64,000 nt of DNA. Source: Allosphingosinicella sp. (lineage in GTDB: Bacteria; Pseudomonadota; Alphaproteobacteria; Sphingomonadales; Sphingomonadaceae). A model generated the notes under the pieces. That model was not told where the DNA came from. It saw only the letters and a program-made list of their open reading frames with translations, and made no database searches. The position numbers were made by a program, and so were the translations under genes. Positions 1-8,812 of this stretch are shown here, in pieces (position 1 is the first letter of the stretch; each line of letters starts with the position of its first letter). The stretch is from assembly GCA_036403015.1 (NCBI GenBank), contig DASWRU010000048.1:3532-67531 (forward strand), written 5' to 3'.

Positions 1-41
1 CGTCGTTTCAGATGCCGCGCCGCCCGAAATTGGCCGGGGGC

Positions 42-299
42 TCAGGCGGAGGCGCCCTCCGCCTCGAGCGCGGCCAGCACCATCCGCTCCCACACCGCCG
101 GATCGCCCGCCTCGGCCATGCGGGGATCGGGCTCCCGCAAGGTGCGCAGGATGGAGCGGGCGTCGTCGGCATAATCGCGCCAGGTGGCGTCGACGCGGTC
201 GCCGGCGGACGGATCGTCCCCCTCCGCGTTGATGCTCGCGACCCGGCCGGCGATGACTCTCGCGATCCGCTCGACGATGGACGTGTTCGATACGGGCAT
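42..299 (-). CDS. hypothetical small protein (85 aa)
   Basis: Inner ATG (MPVSNTSIVERIARV...) of ORF 42..476. GGGAGGA RBS 5 nt upstream (revcomp of 305-311). No domain recognised. Confidence 0.4.
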   Translation of the reverse strand: MPVSNTSIVERIARVIAGRVASINAEGDDPSAGDRVDATWRDYADDARSILRTLREPDPRMAEAGDPAVWERMVLAALEAEGASA

Positions 300-451
300 T
301 CGGGTCCTCCCTTCGTTTCGAGGTGATAACGTCAGGGACGGGCGGCGGGTTGCGCGGGGGCCCTTACGCCGCCCGGAGCTGAATTGACTCTGGGGACCGC
401 AGGTATAGCCTCGGCCGAAGCGTTTCATGAGTCGATGGGGAGGACTAGAAA

Positions 452-916
452 ATGCAACCGAGCCAAACCTGCGCAAGCATGATCAAGAAATTCGAAGGTT
501 GTGAGAAGAAGGGGCCGGGCGGAACGTTTTCCGCCTATCCCGATCCCGCTAGCGGCGGTGATCCCTGGACTATCGGCTACGGAACCACCGGCGCCGACGT
601 CAAGAAGGGCCTGGTCTGGACGCAGAAGCAATGCGACGATCGCTTCGCCAAGGATCTTCCCAACTTCGGTGCCAAGGTGGCCGCGTTGCTGGGAACGTCC
701 AAGACGACGCAAAACCAGTATGATGCGATGGTCAGCTTCGCCTACAATCTCGGCGTCAACGCGCTGCGCGACAGCACCTTGCTGAAGAAGCACAAGGCTG
801 GCGACTATGCCAACGTCCCCGCCGAGTTCAACAAATGGGTGCATGGCGGCGGCAAGGTGATGCCGGGCCTGGTCACCCGCCGGGCGGCGGAGGCGAAGCT
901 CTACGCCACCCCGTGA
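452..916 (+). CDS. glycoside hydrolase family 24 phage-type lysozyme
   Basis: KKFEG...YPD...WTIGYG catalytic spacing, plus YDAMVSFAYNLG and GLVTRRAAE motifs typical of lambda/T4-like muramidases. Confidence 0.85.
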   Translation: MQPSQTCASMIKKFEGCEKKGPGGTFSAYPDPASGGDPWTIGYGTTGADVKKGLVWTQKQCDDRFAKDLPNFGAKVAALLGTSKTTQNQYDAMVSFAYNLGVNALRDSTLLKKHKAGDYANVPAEFNKWVHGGGKVMPGLVTRRAAEAKLYATP

Positions 917-958
917 CGGGCGGGCGGGCGCCGGCCCGACGCCGGCGCCCGCCTCACC

Positions 959-2155
959 CTACAGCACCTCGAACAGCCCGGCCGCCCCCATGCCGCCGCC
1001 GACGCACATCGTCACCACCACCCACTGCACGCCGCGGCGCTTGCCCTCGATCAGCGCGTGGCCGGTCATGCGGGCGCCGGACATGCCGTAGGGGTGGCCG
1101 ATCGAGATGGAGCCGCCGTCGACGTTGAGGCGGTCGTCGGGGATGCCGAGCCGGTCCTGGCAGTAGAGGACCTGGACGGCGAAGGCCTCGTTGAGCTCCC
1201 AGAGGCCGATATCCTCTACCGCCAGCCCAAAGCGCTTCAGCAGCTTGGGGACGGCGAAGACGGGGCCGATGCCCATCTCGTCGGGCTCGGTGCCGGCCAC
1301 CGCCATGCCGACATAGCGGCCGAGGGGCTTGAGGCCGCGCTCGGCGGCGAGGCCGGCTTCCATGAGGACGCAGGCGGAGGCGCCGTCGGAGAGCTGCGAG
1401 GCGTTGCCGGCGGTGATCATCGCCTCCGGGCCCATGACAGGCTGCAGCTTCTGGAGGTCCTCCAGTGTCGTCTGCGGCCGGTTGCCCTCGTCCTTGGTAA
1501 GGGTCACCTCCTGCATCGAGGTTTCGCCGGTCTCCTTGTTCTTGACCATCATCTTCGCGGTGACCGGCACGATCTCATCGTCGAACTTGCCTTCTGCCTG
1601 GCCCTTCGCGGTGAGCTGCTGCGAGCGCAGCGCATAGGCGTCCTGGCGCTCGCGGCTGACGGTGTAGCGCTTGCCGACCACCTCGGCGGTCTGGATCATC
1701 GGCATGTAGACGCCGTTATGCATCGACAGCAGCTCCGGATCCGGCCCCACGCGCATCTCGGGCGTCTGCACCATCGAGATGCTCTCGACCCCGCCGGCCA
1801 CCATCACGTCCATCCGGTCGACGATGATCTGCTTGGCGGCGGTGGCGATCGACATCAGCCCCGACGAGCATTGCCGGTCGATCGACATGCCCGCGACCGT
1901 GACGGGAAGGCCTGAGCGCAAGGCGGCGGTGCGGCCGATGGTGGTCTGAACGCCCTGCTGGAGGGCGGCGCCCATGATCACGTCGTCGATCTCGGCGGGA
2001 TCGATCTTCGCCCGCTCCACCGCCGCCTTGATAGCGAAGCTGGCGAGGGTGGGGGAGGGCGTCGCGTTGAACGCGCCCCTATAGGCCTTGCCGATCGGCG
2101 TGCGGGCGGTGGAGACGATGACGGCTTCACGCGTGGGCATGGGGAATCCTTTCAT
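959..2155 (-). CDS. acetyl-CoA C-acyltransferase (thiolase)
   Basis: [14 protein letters not shown]-terminus, DRQCSSG active-site Cys, and C-terminal [10 protein letters not shown] / CVGGGMG signatures. The GGGAGG RBS lies inside the end of the upstream MITE. Confidence 0.9.
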   Translation of the reverse strand: MKGFPMPTREAVIVSTARTPIGKAYRGAFNATPSPTLASFAIKAAVERAKIDPAEIDDVIMGAALQQGVQTTIGRTAALRSGLPVTVAGMSIDRQCSSGLMSIATAAKQIIVDRMDVMVAGGVESISMVQTPEMRVGPDPELLSMHNGVYMPMIQTAEVVGKRYTVSRERQDAYALRSQQLTAKGQAEGKFDDEIVPVTAKMMVKNKETGETSMQEVTLTKDEGNRPQTTLEDLQKLQPVMGPEAMITAGNASQLSDGASACVLMEAGLAAERGLKPLGRYVGMAVAGTEPDEMGIGPVFAVPKLLKRFGLAVEDIGLWELNEAFAVQVLYCQDRLGIPDDRLNVDGGSISIGHPYGMSGARMTGHALIEGKRRGVQWVVVTMCVGGGMGAAGLFEVL

Positions 2156-2160
2156 GTTCT

Positions 2161-2290
2161 TGCCTCCCTACCGCGAAGCGGTGGGGAGGGGGACCACCAG
2201 AATGGTGGTGGAGGGGTAGGTGACGAGGTCTGTTCCATTACCCCTCCACCACCTTCGGTGGTCCCCCTCCCCGTCTCCGACGGGGAGGCA
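2161..2290. repeat. MITE/REP-like element family A, copy 1
   Basis: Long terminal inverted repeats: TGCCTCCC...GGGGAGGGGGACCACC(N4)GGTGGTGGAGGGGTA and its reverse complement. It fills the whole maoC-thiolase intergenic gap. A second copy lies at 16121-16287. Confidence 0.8.
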
Positions 2291-2295
2291 GGTTC

Positions 2296-2751
2296 TCATA
2301 CGAACATCAATCCGATCCAGTCGGCGACGAGCGCGGGCTTGTCCTCCCCCTCGATCTCGACCGTCACGCTGTGGACGAACTGCCACTGCCCCGGCCGCTT
2401 CTCCTCGAAGGCGGAGAGGGTGAAGCGGCCGCGGACGCGCTTGCCGGAGCGGACCGGGGCCATGAAGCGGACCCGCTCGAAGCCGTAATTGACGCCCATC
2501 CTGATGCTGTCGGGCCGGAGCATGACGTCGGCGGCCATGCGGCTCAGCAAGGAGAGGGTGAGGAAGCCGTGGGCGACGGTGCCTCCGAAGGGGGTGCGCG
2601 CGGCGGCTTCGGGATCGACGTGGATGAACTGGTGGTCCTCGGTCACCTCCGCGAACCTGTCGATCCGCGCCTGGTCGATCGCGATCCAGCCGGAGACGCC
2701 GATCTCCTCGCCGACGCGGGCGCGTATCTCGTCGAGGCTGGCGGCGGGCAT
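2296..2751 (-). CDS. MaoC-like (R)-specific enoyl-CoA hydratase/dehydratase
   Basis: Hot-dog fold motif DHQFIHVDPEAA...GGTVAHGFLTLSLL. Confidence 0.85.
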   Translation of the reverse strand: MPAASLDEIRARVGEEIGVSGWIAIDQARIDRFAEVTEDHQFIHVDPEAAARTPFGGTVAHGFLTLSLLSRMAADVMLRPDSIRMGVNYGFERVRFMAPVRSGKRVRGRFTLSAFEEKRPGQWQFVHSVTVEIEGEDKPALVADWIGLMFV

Positions 2752-2776
2752 GGCGCGGGTCTAGAGCGCGGCGGAT

Positions 2777-5700
2777 ATGAGACTCAAGCCCGTTGAGAGC
2801 AGCGCCGCGTCGGACGCTACGGCATCCGCACGCGGCGAAATCCGCCGCCTCCACCGCGCGCCCGAGCCCGAGGTGCTGAAGCCCCTTCTGAAGGACGCGG
2901 CGCTGACCGGCGATTCGCGGCGGCGGGTCGAGGAGCGGGCACTCGCCATGCTGAAGGAGCTGAGGGCGGCGCAGTCGTCCGGCTGGGTGAACCAGTTCCT
3001 GCAGGAATACAGGCTCAACACGTCCGAGGGGATCGCGCTGTTGTCGCTCGCCGAGGCCTTCCTGCGCGTGCCCGATCCGGAGACGGCGGACCAGCTCATC
3101 GCCGACAAGCTCGGCAATGCCGACTGGCGCGCCCACAAGGGTAGGTCGCATTCCACCCTGGTGAATAGCGCGACCTGGGGGTTGGTGATCGGGCGCGCCC
3201 TGGTCAGCGAGACCGAGCAGGCGAGCGCGCTCAAGCGGCTGATCGGACGGGTCGGCGAGCCGTTCGTTCGGCAGGCGGTCGGCGCGGCGATGCGGCTGAT
3301 GGGCGAGATTTTCGTCATGGGCCGCACCATCGACGAAGCCATCCGGCGGATGGATCGGCGGGAGAATGCCGGCTTCACCGCCAGCTTCGACATGCTCGGC
3401 GAAGCGGCGCGGACCTTTCCCGATGCGGAGCGCTATTTCGCCTCCTACGAGGGGGCGATCCGCGCCGTCGGCAAGGTGGCGAAGCGGGGGCATTCGATCT
3501 CGGTCAAGCTCTCCGCGCTCCACCCGCGCTACGAGGTAGCGCAATATGAAACCTGCGTGCCGTCGCTGATCGAGCAGGTGGAGGCGCTCGCCATGCTGGC
3601 GAAGGCGTCGGACATCGCCTTCACCATCGACGCCGAGGAGAGCGAGCGGCTCGAGATGAGCCTCGACATCATCGAGGCGGTGGCGGGGCTGCCGCCGCTC
3701 CGCGGCTGGGAGGGGCTCGGCATGGCCGTGCAGGCCTATGGCAAGAGGTGCCGGCCGACCATCGCCTGGGCGGACGCGGTGGGGGCGGCGACCGGACGGC
3801 GCATCGCGGTGCGGCTGGTCAAGGGCGCTTATTGGGACAGCGAGATCAAGCGCACTCAGGAGCAGGGGTTCGCCGACTATCCGCTCTTCACCCGCAAGGC
3901 GGCGACCGACGTCTCCTACCTCGCCTGCGCGAAAGACATGCTGGGGGCGAAGAACATCTTCTCCGCGTTCGCCACCCACAACGCGCTGACCGTGGCGACC
4001 CTGCTCGAATGGGCCGGGCCGAGCCGCGATTTCGAGTTCCAGCGCCTGCACGGCATGGGCGAGGGACTCTACGAACCGCTGGTGCGCGAGCAGGGTTACC
4101 GGACGCGCATCTATGCCCCGGTCGGCGGGCACCGCGACCTTCTCGCCTATCTCGTGCGGCGGCTGCTGGAGAATGGCGCGAATTCGAGCTTCGTCCACCA
4201 GCTCGCCGACGAACGGCTGTCCGACGCCGACATCCTCGCCGATCCGGTCGCGAAGATCGCCGCCGTCGGCGGCACCCGGCATCCGGCGATCCCGCTGCCC
4301 AAGGACCTGTTCGAGCCGGTGCGGGGGAACAGCCGGGGCATCGACCTGAACGACCGGGTAGAGCTCGAAAGAATCGCGGTTGTCGTTTCCGGAAATCCGT
4401 TCGCCCCGAGCGAAGTCGAGGGGCCCTCCCGAGCGAAGCCGAGGGCGGTTCTCGGCTCCGCTCGACGGGGTGTCTCGACTTCGCTCGACACGAACGGACA
4501 CAGGCTCACCGGCGAATCTTCCGAGGCTCCGCCCGTCACCTCCACCGGCGAAGGGGCCGCTCAATGCGCTGCCGAGGCGAAGGCGATGGTCGCGCGCGCA
4601 CTCACCGCCTTCCCGGCCTGGGACGCGCGCCCGGTCGAGGCGCGCGCCGCCTGCCTGGACCGGCTCGCCGACCTGCTCGAGCAGGAGCGGGACGCGCTGA
4701 TGCGCCTTTGCGTGCAGGAGGCGAAGAAGACCATCCCCGACGCGCTCGCCGAAGTCCGCGAGGCCGTCGACTTCTGCCGCTATTATGCCAACGAGGCGCG
4801 CCGCGGCCTTCAGCCCGTCGAGCTGCCCGGCCCCACCGGCGAGCGCAACATCCTGCGCATGGCCGGCCGCGGCGCCTGGGTCTGCATCGCGCCTTGGAAT
4901 TTTCCGCTCGCCATTTTGCTCGGGCAGGTGACGGCGGCGCTGGTCGCCGGCAACGCGGTGATCGCCAAGCCCGCGCCGCAGACGCCGGAGATCGCGGCTT
5001 ATGCCGTCGGCCTCGCGCACGGCGCCGGCATCCCGGAGGATGCGCTGATCCTCGCCCCGGGCGGGCCGGACATGGGAGCCGCCCTGGTGGAGGACAGCCG
5101 CATCGCCGGCATCGCCTTCACCGGCTCGACCGCCACCGCCAAAAGGATCGCGCGCGAGCTGCTCAGCGACGACGAGCGGCCGATCATCCCGTTCATCGCG
5201 GAAACCGGCGGCATCAACGCGATGATCGTCGATTCGACCGCCTTGCCCGAGCAGGTGGTGGTGGACGTCGTCACCTCCGCCTTCCGCTCCGCCGGCCAGC
5301 GCTGCTCGGCGCTGCGCGTGCTGCTGCTTCAGGAGGAGATAGCGGAGCGGACACTGGAGATGCTCGCCGGGGCGATGGATACTTTGATTGTCGGCGATCC
5401 GGCCGACCCGCGGACCGACGTCGGCCCGGTGATCGACGAGGGCGCCTATGCGCGGCTGATGGCGCATCGCGAGGAGACAAGGGCGGATTGGATTCATACC
5501 GTGGGCATCTCCAAGCCCCTCCCCTTCAGGGGAGGGGAAGAGCCCGGCGCAGCTGGGCGAAGGGGTGGGGCCGGTCCGACTGACAAGCCCCACCCCAACC
5601 CCTCCCCTGAAGGGGAGGGGCTATTCGTCCCACCCACCTTGATCCGGGTCGCCCGGGTCGAGGACGTGAGGAGGGAATGGTTCGGGCCGCTCCTCCACGT

Positions 5701-6034
5701 CGCCACCTGGAAGGCAGGGCAGCTCGCCGAGACGGTGGAGCGCGTCAACCGCTCCGGCTTCGGCCTCACCATGGGCCTCCACAGCCGCATCGCCCGCGCG
5801 GCCGAGACGGTCGAGGAGACGGCGACGGTCGGCAACCTCTACGTCAACCGATCGATGATCGGCGCCATCGTCGGCTCCCAACCGTTCGGCGGCGAAGGGC
5901 TGAGCGGCACCGGCCCCAAGGCCGGCGGCCCGCATTATTTGCCGCGCTTCTGCGCCGAGCGGGTGACCAGCACCGACACCACTTCGGCGGGCGGCAATGC
6001 GACCTTGCTGTCGCTGGAGGATGTGGGGCTCTGA
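2777..6034 (+). CDS. putA: bifunctional proline dehydrogenase / P5C dehydrogenase PutA (no N-terminal RHH domain)
   Basis: 1085 aa. PRODH barrel motifs (SVKLSALHPRY, VRLVKGAYWD, FQRLHGMGE) followed by an ALDH domain (FTGSTATAK, ETGGINAMIVD, GQRCSALR, GFGLTMGLHS). Contains two repeat-derived in-frame segments. Confidence 0.93.
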   Translation: MRLKPVESSAASDATASARGEIRRLHRAPEPEVLKPLLKDAALTGDSRRRVEERALAMLKELRAAQSSGWVNQFLQEYRLNTSEGIALLSLAEAFLRVPDPETADQLIADKLGNADWRAHKGRSHSTLVNSATWGLVIGRALVSETEQASALKRLIGRVGEPFVRQAVGAAMRLMGEIFVMGRTIDEAIRRMDRRENAGFTASFDMLGEAARTFPDAERYFASYEGAIRAVGKVAKRGHSISVKLSALHPRYEVAQYETCVPSLIEQVEALAMLAKASDIAFTIDAEESERLEMSLDIIEAVAGLPPLRGWEGLGMAVQAYGKRCRPTIAWADAVGAATGRRIAVRLVKGAYWDSEIKRTQEQGFADYPLFTRKAATDVSYLACAKDMLGAKNIFSAFATHNALTVATLLEWAGPSRDFEFQRLHGMGEGLYEPLVREQGYRTRIYAPVGGHRDLLAYLVRRLLENGANSSFVHQLADERLSDADILADPVAKIAAVGGTRHPAIPLPKDLFEPVRGNSRGIDLNDRVELERIAVVVSGNPFAPSEVEGPSRAKPRAVLGSARRGVSTSLDTNGHRLTGESSEAPPVTSTGEGAAQCAAEAKAMVARALTAFPAWDARPVEARAACLDRLADLLEQERDALMRLCVQEAKKTIPDALAEVREAVDFCRYYANEARRGLQPVELPGPTGERNILRMAGRGAWVCIAPWNFPLAILLGQVTAALVAGNAVIAKPAPQTPEIAAYAVGLAHGAGIPEDALILAPGGPDMGAALVEDSRIAGIAFTGSTATAKRIARELLSDDERPIIPFIAETGGINAMIVDSTALPEQVVVDVVTSAFRSAGQRCSALRVLLLQEEIAERTLEMLAGAMDTLIVGDPADPRTDVGPVIDEGAYARLMAHREETRADWIHTVGISKPLPFRGGEEPGAAGRRGGAGPTDKPHPNPSPEGEGLFVPPTLIRVARVEDVRREWFGPLLHVATWKAGQLAETVERVNRSGFGLTMGLHSRIARAAETVEETATVGNLYVNRSMIGAIVGSQPFGGEGLSGTGPKAGGPHYLPRFCAERVTSTDTTSAGGNATLLSLEDVGL
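4408..4486. repeat. REP-like nested hairpin (family C) inside the putA linker
   Basis: Perfect 13-bp arms GAGCGAAGTCGAG (4408-4420) and CTCGACTTCGCTC (4474-4486), with a second nested inverted repeat between them. Translates to the ...PSEVEG...VSTSLDTNG peptide typical of translated alphaproteobacterial REPs. Confidence 0.7.
5516..5620. repeat. family B double-hairpin element inside the putA ALDH domain
   Basis: Hairpins CCCCTCCCC-TTCA-GGGGAGGGG (5516-5537) and CCCCTCCCC-TGAA-GGGGAGGGG (5599-5620). The core GACAAGCCCCACCCCAACCCCTCCCCTGAAGGGGAGGGGCT is nearly identical to the intergenic copy at 7419-7528. Confidence 0.8.
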
Positions 6035-6282
6035 TGGAGCGGCGGCTGCGCGTTCACGAATTCCAATCGAGCGCGATCGCCCGTGGCGCCTACGACATCG
6101 ACGCACATACGCTCGACCTCTGGTACAAAGGCGGCGACCGCTATCGTTATTTCGGCGTGCCCGAAGCGGTGTTCGACGATCTCCTCGCCGCCGCGTCCGT
6201 GGGCGAGTTCGTCAACCGCGAGATCAAGCCGCATTATCGCTACGAGATCGAAGAGCGCCGCCGCCGCTTTCGTCCCGGCTGA
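6034..6282 (+). CDS. KTSC domain-containing small protein
   Basis: 82 aa. SSAIARGAYDIDAHTLDLWYKGGDRYRYFGVPEAVFDDLLAAASVGEFVNREIK matches the KTSC pattern. Its ATG overlaps the putA TGA (TGATG). Confidence 0.7.
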   Translation: MERRLRVHEFQSSAIARGAYDIDAHTLDLWYKGGDRYRYFGVPEAVFDDLLAAASVGEFVNREIKPHYRYEIEERRRRFRPG

Positions 6283-6302
6283 AGCCGGTGTAGCCAAGGG
6301 GC

Positions 6303-7313
6303 ATGACCGATCTCGACAGCTTCATCGCCGGCCTGCCCAAGGCCGAATTGCACATCCACATCGAGGGCAGCCTCGAGCCGGAGCTGATGTTCGCCCTGGC
6401 GCGGCGCAATCGGGTGGAGATCCCGTTCGCATCGGTGGAGGAGGTGCGGGCGGCCTACAGCTTCTCAAACCTCCAGGACTTTCTCGACATTTATTATCGC
6501 GGCGCGGCCGTGCTGCGGACGGAGGAGGATTTTCGCGACCTCGCGCTCGCCTATTTCGATCGGGCGGCGGCCGACGCGGTGACGCACGCGGAAATCTTCT
6601 TCGATCCGCAGACCCACACCGAGCGCGGCATCCCGTTCGGCGTGGTGATCGCCGGCCTCCTCGCCGGCATGGAGGAGGCGCGGGCGCGGCACGGGCTCAG
6701 TTCGAAGCTCATCCTCTGCTTCCTGCGCCACCTCGACGAGGAGGCGGCGTTCGCTACCTTGCGCGAGGCGGAACCGTGGCTCGACCGGATCGAGGCGGTG
6801 GGGCTCGATTCCTCCGAGCTCGGCCATCCGCCGGAGAAGTTCGCCCGCGTCTTCGCCGCCGCGGCGGAGCGCGGGCTGAAGCGGGTGGCCCATGCCGGCG
6901 AGGAGGGGCCTCCCGACTATGTCTGGCAGGCGCTCGATCTCCTCCACGTCGACCGGCTCGACCACGGCAACCGCGCGATGGAGGATCGGGCCCTGGTCGA
7001 ACGGCTGGCGGCGGAGAAGATGACGCTCACGGTGTGCCCGCTCTCCAACCTCAAGCTGTGCGTCGTGGGGGACATGGCCGACCACCCGGTGGACCGGATG
7101 CTGGCAGCCGGGCTCAAGGCGACGCTCAACTCGGACGACCCGGCTTATTTCGGCGGCTACATCAACGACAATTACCGCGCGGCCGCCAAGGGGCGGGGCC
7201 TGACTCGCGAACAGCTGGGCGCGGTGGCGAGGAACAGCTTCGAGGGAGCGTTCCTGAACGAGGCGGAGAAAGCCGGTCAGATCGCGCGGCTGGAGGCTTA
7301 TCTGGCCCGCTGA
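6303..7313 (+). CDS. adenosine/adenine deaminase family protein (adenine deaminase type)
   Basis: PKAELHIHIEGSLEPEL metal-binding motif, HAGEEGPP, and SDDPAYFGG near the C-terminus. Confidence 0.85.
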   Translation: MTDLDSFIAGLPKAELHIHIEGSLEPELMFALARRNRVEIPFASVEEVRAAYSFSNLQDFLDIYYRGAAVLRTEEDFRDLALAYFDRAAADAVTHAEIFFDPQTHTERGIPFGVVIAGLLAGMEEARARHGLSSKLILCFLRHLDEEAAFATLREAEPWLDRIEAVGLDSSELGHPPEKFARVFAAAAERGLKRVAHAGEEGPPDYVWQALDLLHVDRLDHGNRAMEDRALVERLAAEKMTLTVCPLSNLKLCVVGDMADHPVDRMLAAGLKATLNSDDPAYFGGYINDNYRAAAKGRGLTREQLGAVARNSFEGAFLNEAEKAGQIARLEAYLAR

Positions 7314-7418
7314 CACCCTTCCCTCGCAGGGGGGAAGCGTAGCGACGAGGAAGAGACGGCGGCCATCGAGGCGGGCGGCGTCTCGCCAGCCCGTGCGGCG
7401 TCGCATCATCGGAAAAAG

Positions 7419-7528
7419 CCCCGCCCCTTCAGGGGAGGGGTCGGGGTGGGGAATGTAACCCCACCACCCTCTCTCGTAACGCTCGACCGACAAGCCCCAC
7501 CCCCAACCCCTCCCCTGAAGGGGAGGGG
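7419..7528. repeat. family B double-hairpin element, intergenic copy
   Basis: CCCCGCCCC-TTCA-GGGGAGGGG (7419-7440) and CCCCTCCCC-TGAA-GGGGAGGGG (7507-7528) flank a roughly 65-bp core. Confidence 0.8.
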
Positions 7529-7587
7529 CTAGAGCAAGAGCGCTAAGGGCGCGCCAAGCCTGCCCCGCTCCCCCAGGGAGGGAGGAC

Positions 7588-8235
7588 TTAATCCTCGGTC
7601 AGCGGCCGGCCCTCTCGCCGCTCCAGGTCCCGCAGCAGCGTCCTGATCGCCCAGCGGCAGGCGGCGGCGATCTCCTCGCCGTCCATGTCCCACTGGTCCC
7701 GCATCTCGCGCCAGGCGAAGCCGGTCGAGAGCAGCTGAACGACGCCCAACGCCCAGTCCCGCTGCCTCTCCGGGAGGGCCTCGAGCTCTTTGGCGAGCGC
7801 CTTGCGCCAGCCGGCGACGCGTTCCGGCTTCACCGAATTGCGGACGGCACGGCCTTCGGGCGTGGTCAGCGAGACCATGATTGCGGCGGCGTTGCGGTCG
7901 AATCCGGTGAAGACTTCGTCGAGACGGCGCACGATCTCGTCGGCGTCCTTGGGGATGCCGACGCCCGGCCCGGCGGCGCGGGCGGTGCGCGTCCACAACG
8001 CCTTCAGCAGCGCGTCGCGGTCGGGATAATAACGGTAGACGGTGCGGCGCGAGACGCCCGCCGCCTCCGCGACCGCGTCATGGTTCAGGCGCTGGGTCTC
8101 GCCTCTGGCCATGAAGCCGAGAAGCGCATCGGCGATCCGCCTTTGCACCTCCTCCCGGTGCGCCGCGCGCTTGCCCGTGCTAGATTGCGAACCGTCCACC
8201 GGGCGGCGCTTAGAAAGTGTCACGGCCTGTGTCAA
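7588..8235 (-). CDS. TetR/AcrR family transcriptional regulator
   Basis: HTH LNHDAVAEAAGVSRRTVYRYYPDRDALL. The track start is a TTG inside the operator palindrome, so the real start is probably further downstream. Confidence 0.8.
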   Translation of the reverse strand: MTQAVTLSKRRPVDGSQSSTGKRAAHREEVQRRIADALLGFMARGETQRLNHDAVAEAAGVSRRTVYRYYPDRDALLKALWTRTARAAGPGVGIPKDADEIVRRLDEVFTGFDRNAAAIMVSLTTPEGRAVRNSVKPERVAGWRKALAKELEALPERQRDWALGVVQLLSTGFAWREMRDQWDMDGEEIAAACRWAIRTLLRDLERREGRPLTED

Positions 8236-8251
8236 ATCAGTATTGACACAG
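8227..8251. promoter_or_regulatory. candidate TetR operator palindrome
   Basis: Perfect 9-bp inverted repeat CTGTGTCAA-N7-TTGACACAG in the divergent intergenic region. It embeds TTGACA hexamers on both strands. Confidence 0.6.
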
Positions 8252-8298
8252 TTTGTGCCATGTTCTAGCGCTCAAGCCGTCAGGCAAGGGAGGCGACG

Positions 8299-8787
8299 AT
8301 GCTGTTTCATCTTTCGGCGGATGCGGAAGATCCGCAGCGGGCGGCGGAGCTCGTCGCTGAATTGTGGGGCGGCAGGGCCTATCCTTTCCCGCCTGTCGGA
8401 AAAGGCTCGTGGGTCGCGATGGCGGGCGACGCGCGCAACACCACGTTCGAATTCTACCGGCGGGGGACCGAGCTCCACCCGGGCGAGGGGGAGGCGGAGG
8501 GCTATGCCGTGGAGGCGAAGGGCCGCGGCTTCGTCCCCACCCATGCCGCGATCGCCACTTCGCTCACGACGGAAGAGGTGAAGGCGGCGGCGGCGCGCCA
8601 CGGCGCTCCTGCCAAGCACTGCGTCCGCGGCGGCGGTCTCTTCGCCGTGATCGAGGTGTGGATCGAAGGGCGCTTCCTGATCGAGGTGCTGACGGCCGAA
8701 ATGCAGGCGCAATACCAGGAGAATGTGACACCGGCGAAGTGGGAGCGGATGCTCGCGGCCGGCCCGCCCGCCGCCGCCGCGGCCTAG
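8299..8787 (+). CDS. hypothetical protein, possibly VOC/glyoxalase-like
   Basis: 162 aa, divergent from the TetR gene, GGGAGG RBS. The MLFHLSADAEDP...FEFYRRG...VIEVWIEGRFLIEVLT pattern is only loosely VOC-like. Confidence 0.5.
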   Translation: MLFHLSADAEDPQRAAELVAELWGGRAYPFPPVGKGSWVAMAGDARNTTFEFYRRGTELHPGEGEAEGYAVEAKGRGFVPTHAAIATSLTTEEVKAAAARHGAPAKHCVRGGGLFAVIEVWIEGRFLIEVLTAEMQAQYQENVTPAKWERMLAAGPPAAAAA

Positions 8788-8812
8788 CCGCGCCGTCTGT
8801 TCCGGTGGATAA

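Noticed and set aside
2168-5593. 1141-aa ORF on the minus strand, the longest in the track
   Set aside because: It lies entirely antisense to putA, whose product has clear PRODH and ALDH motifs. Its translation is an Arg/Gly/Pro/Ala-rich string typical of stop-codon-poor antisense frames in high-GC DNA.
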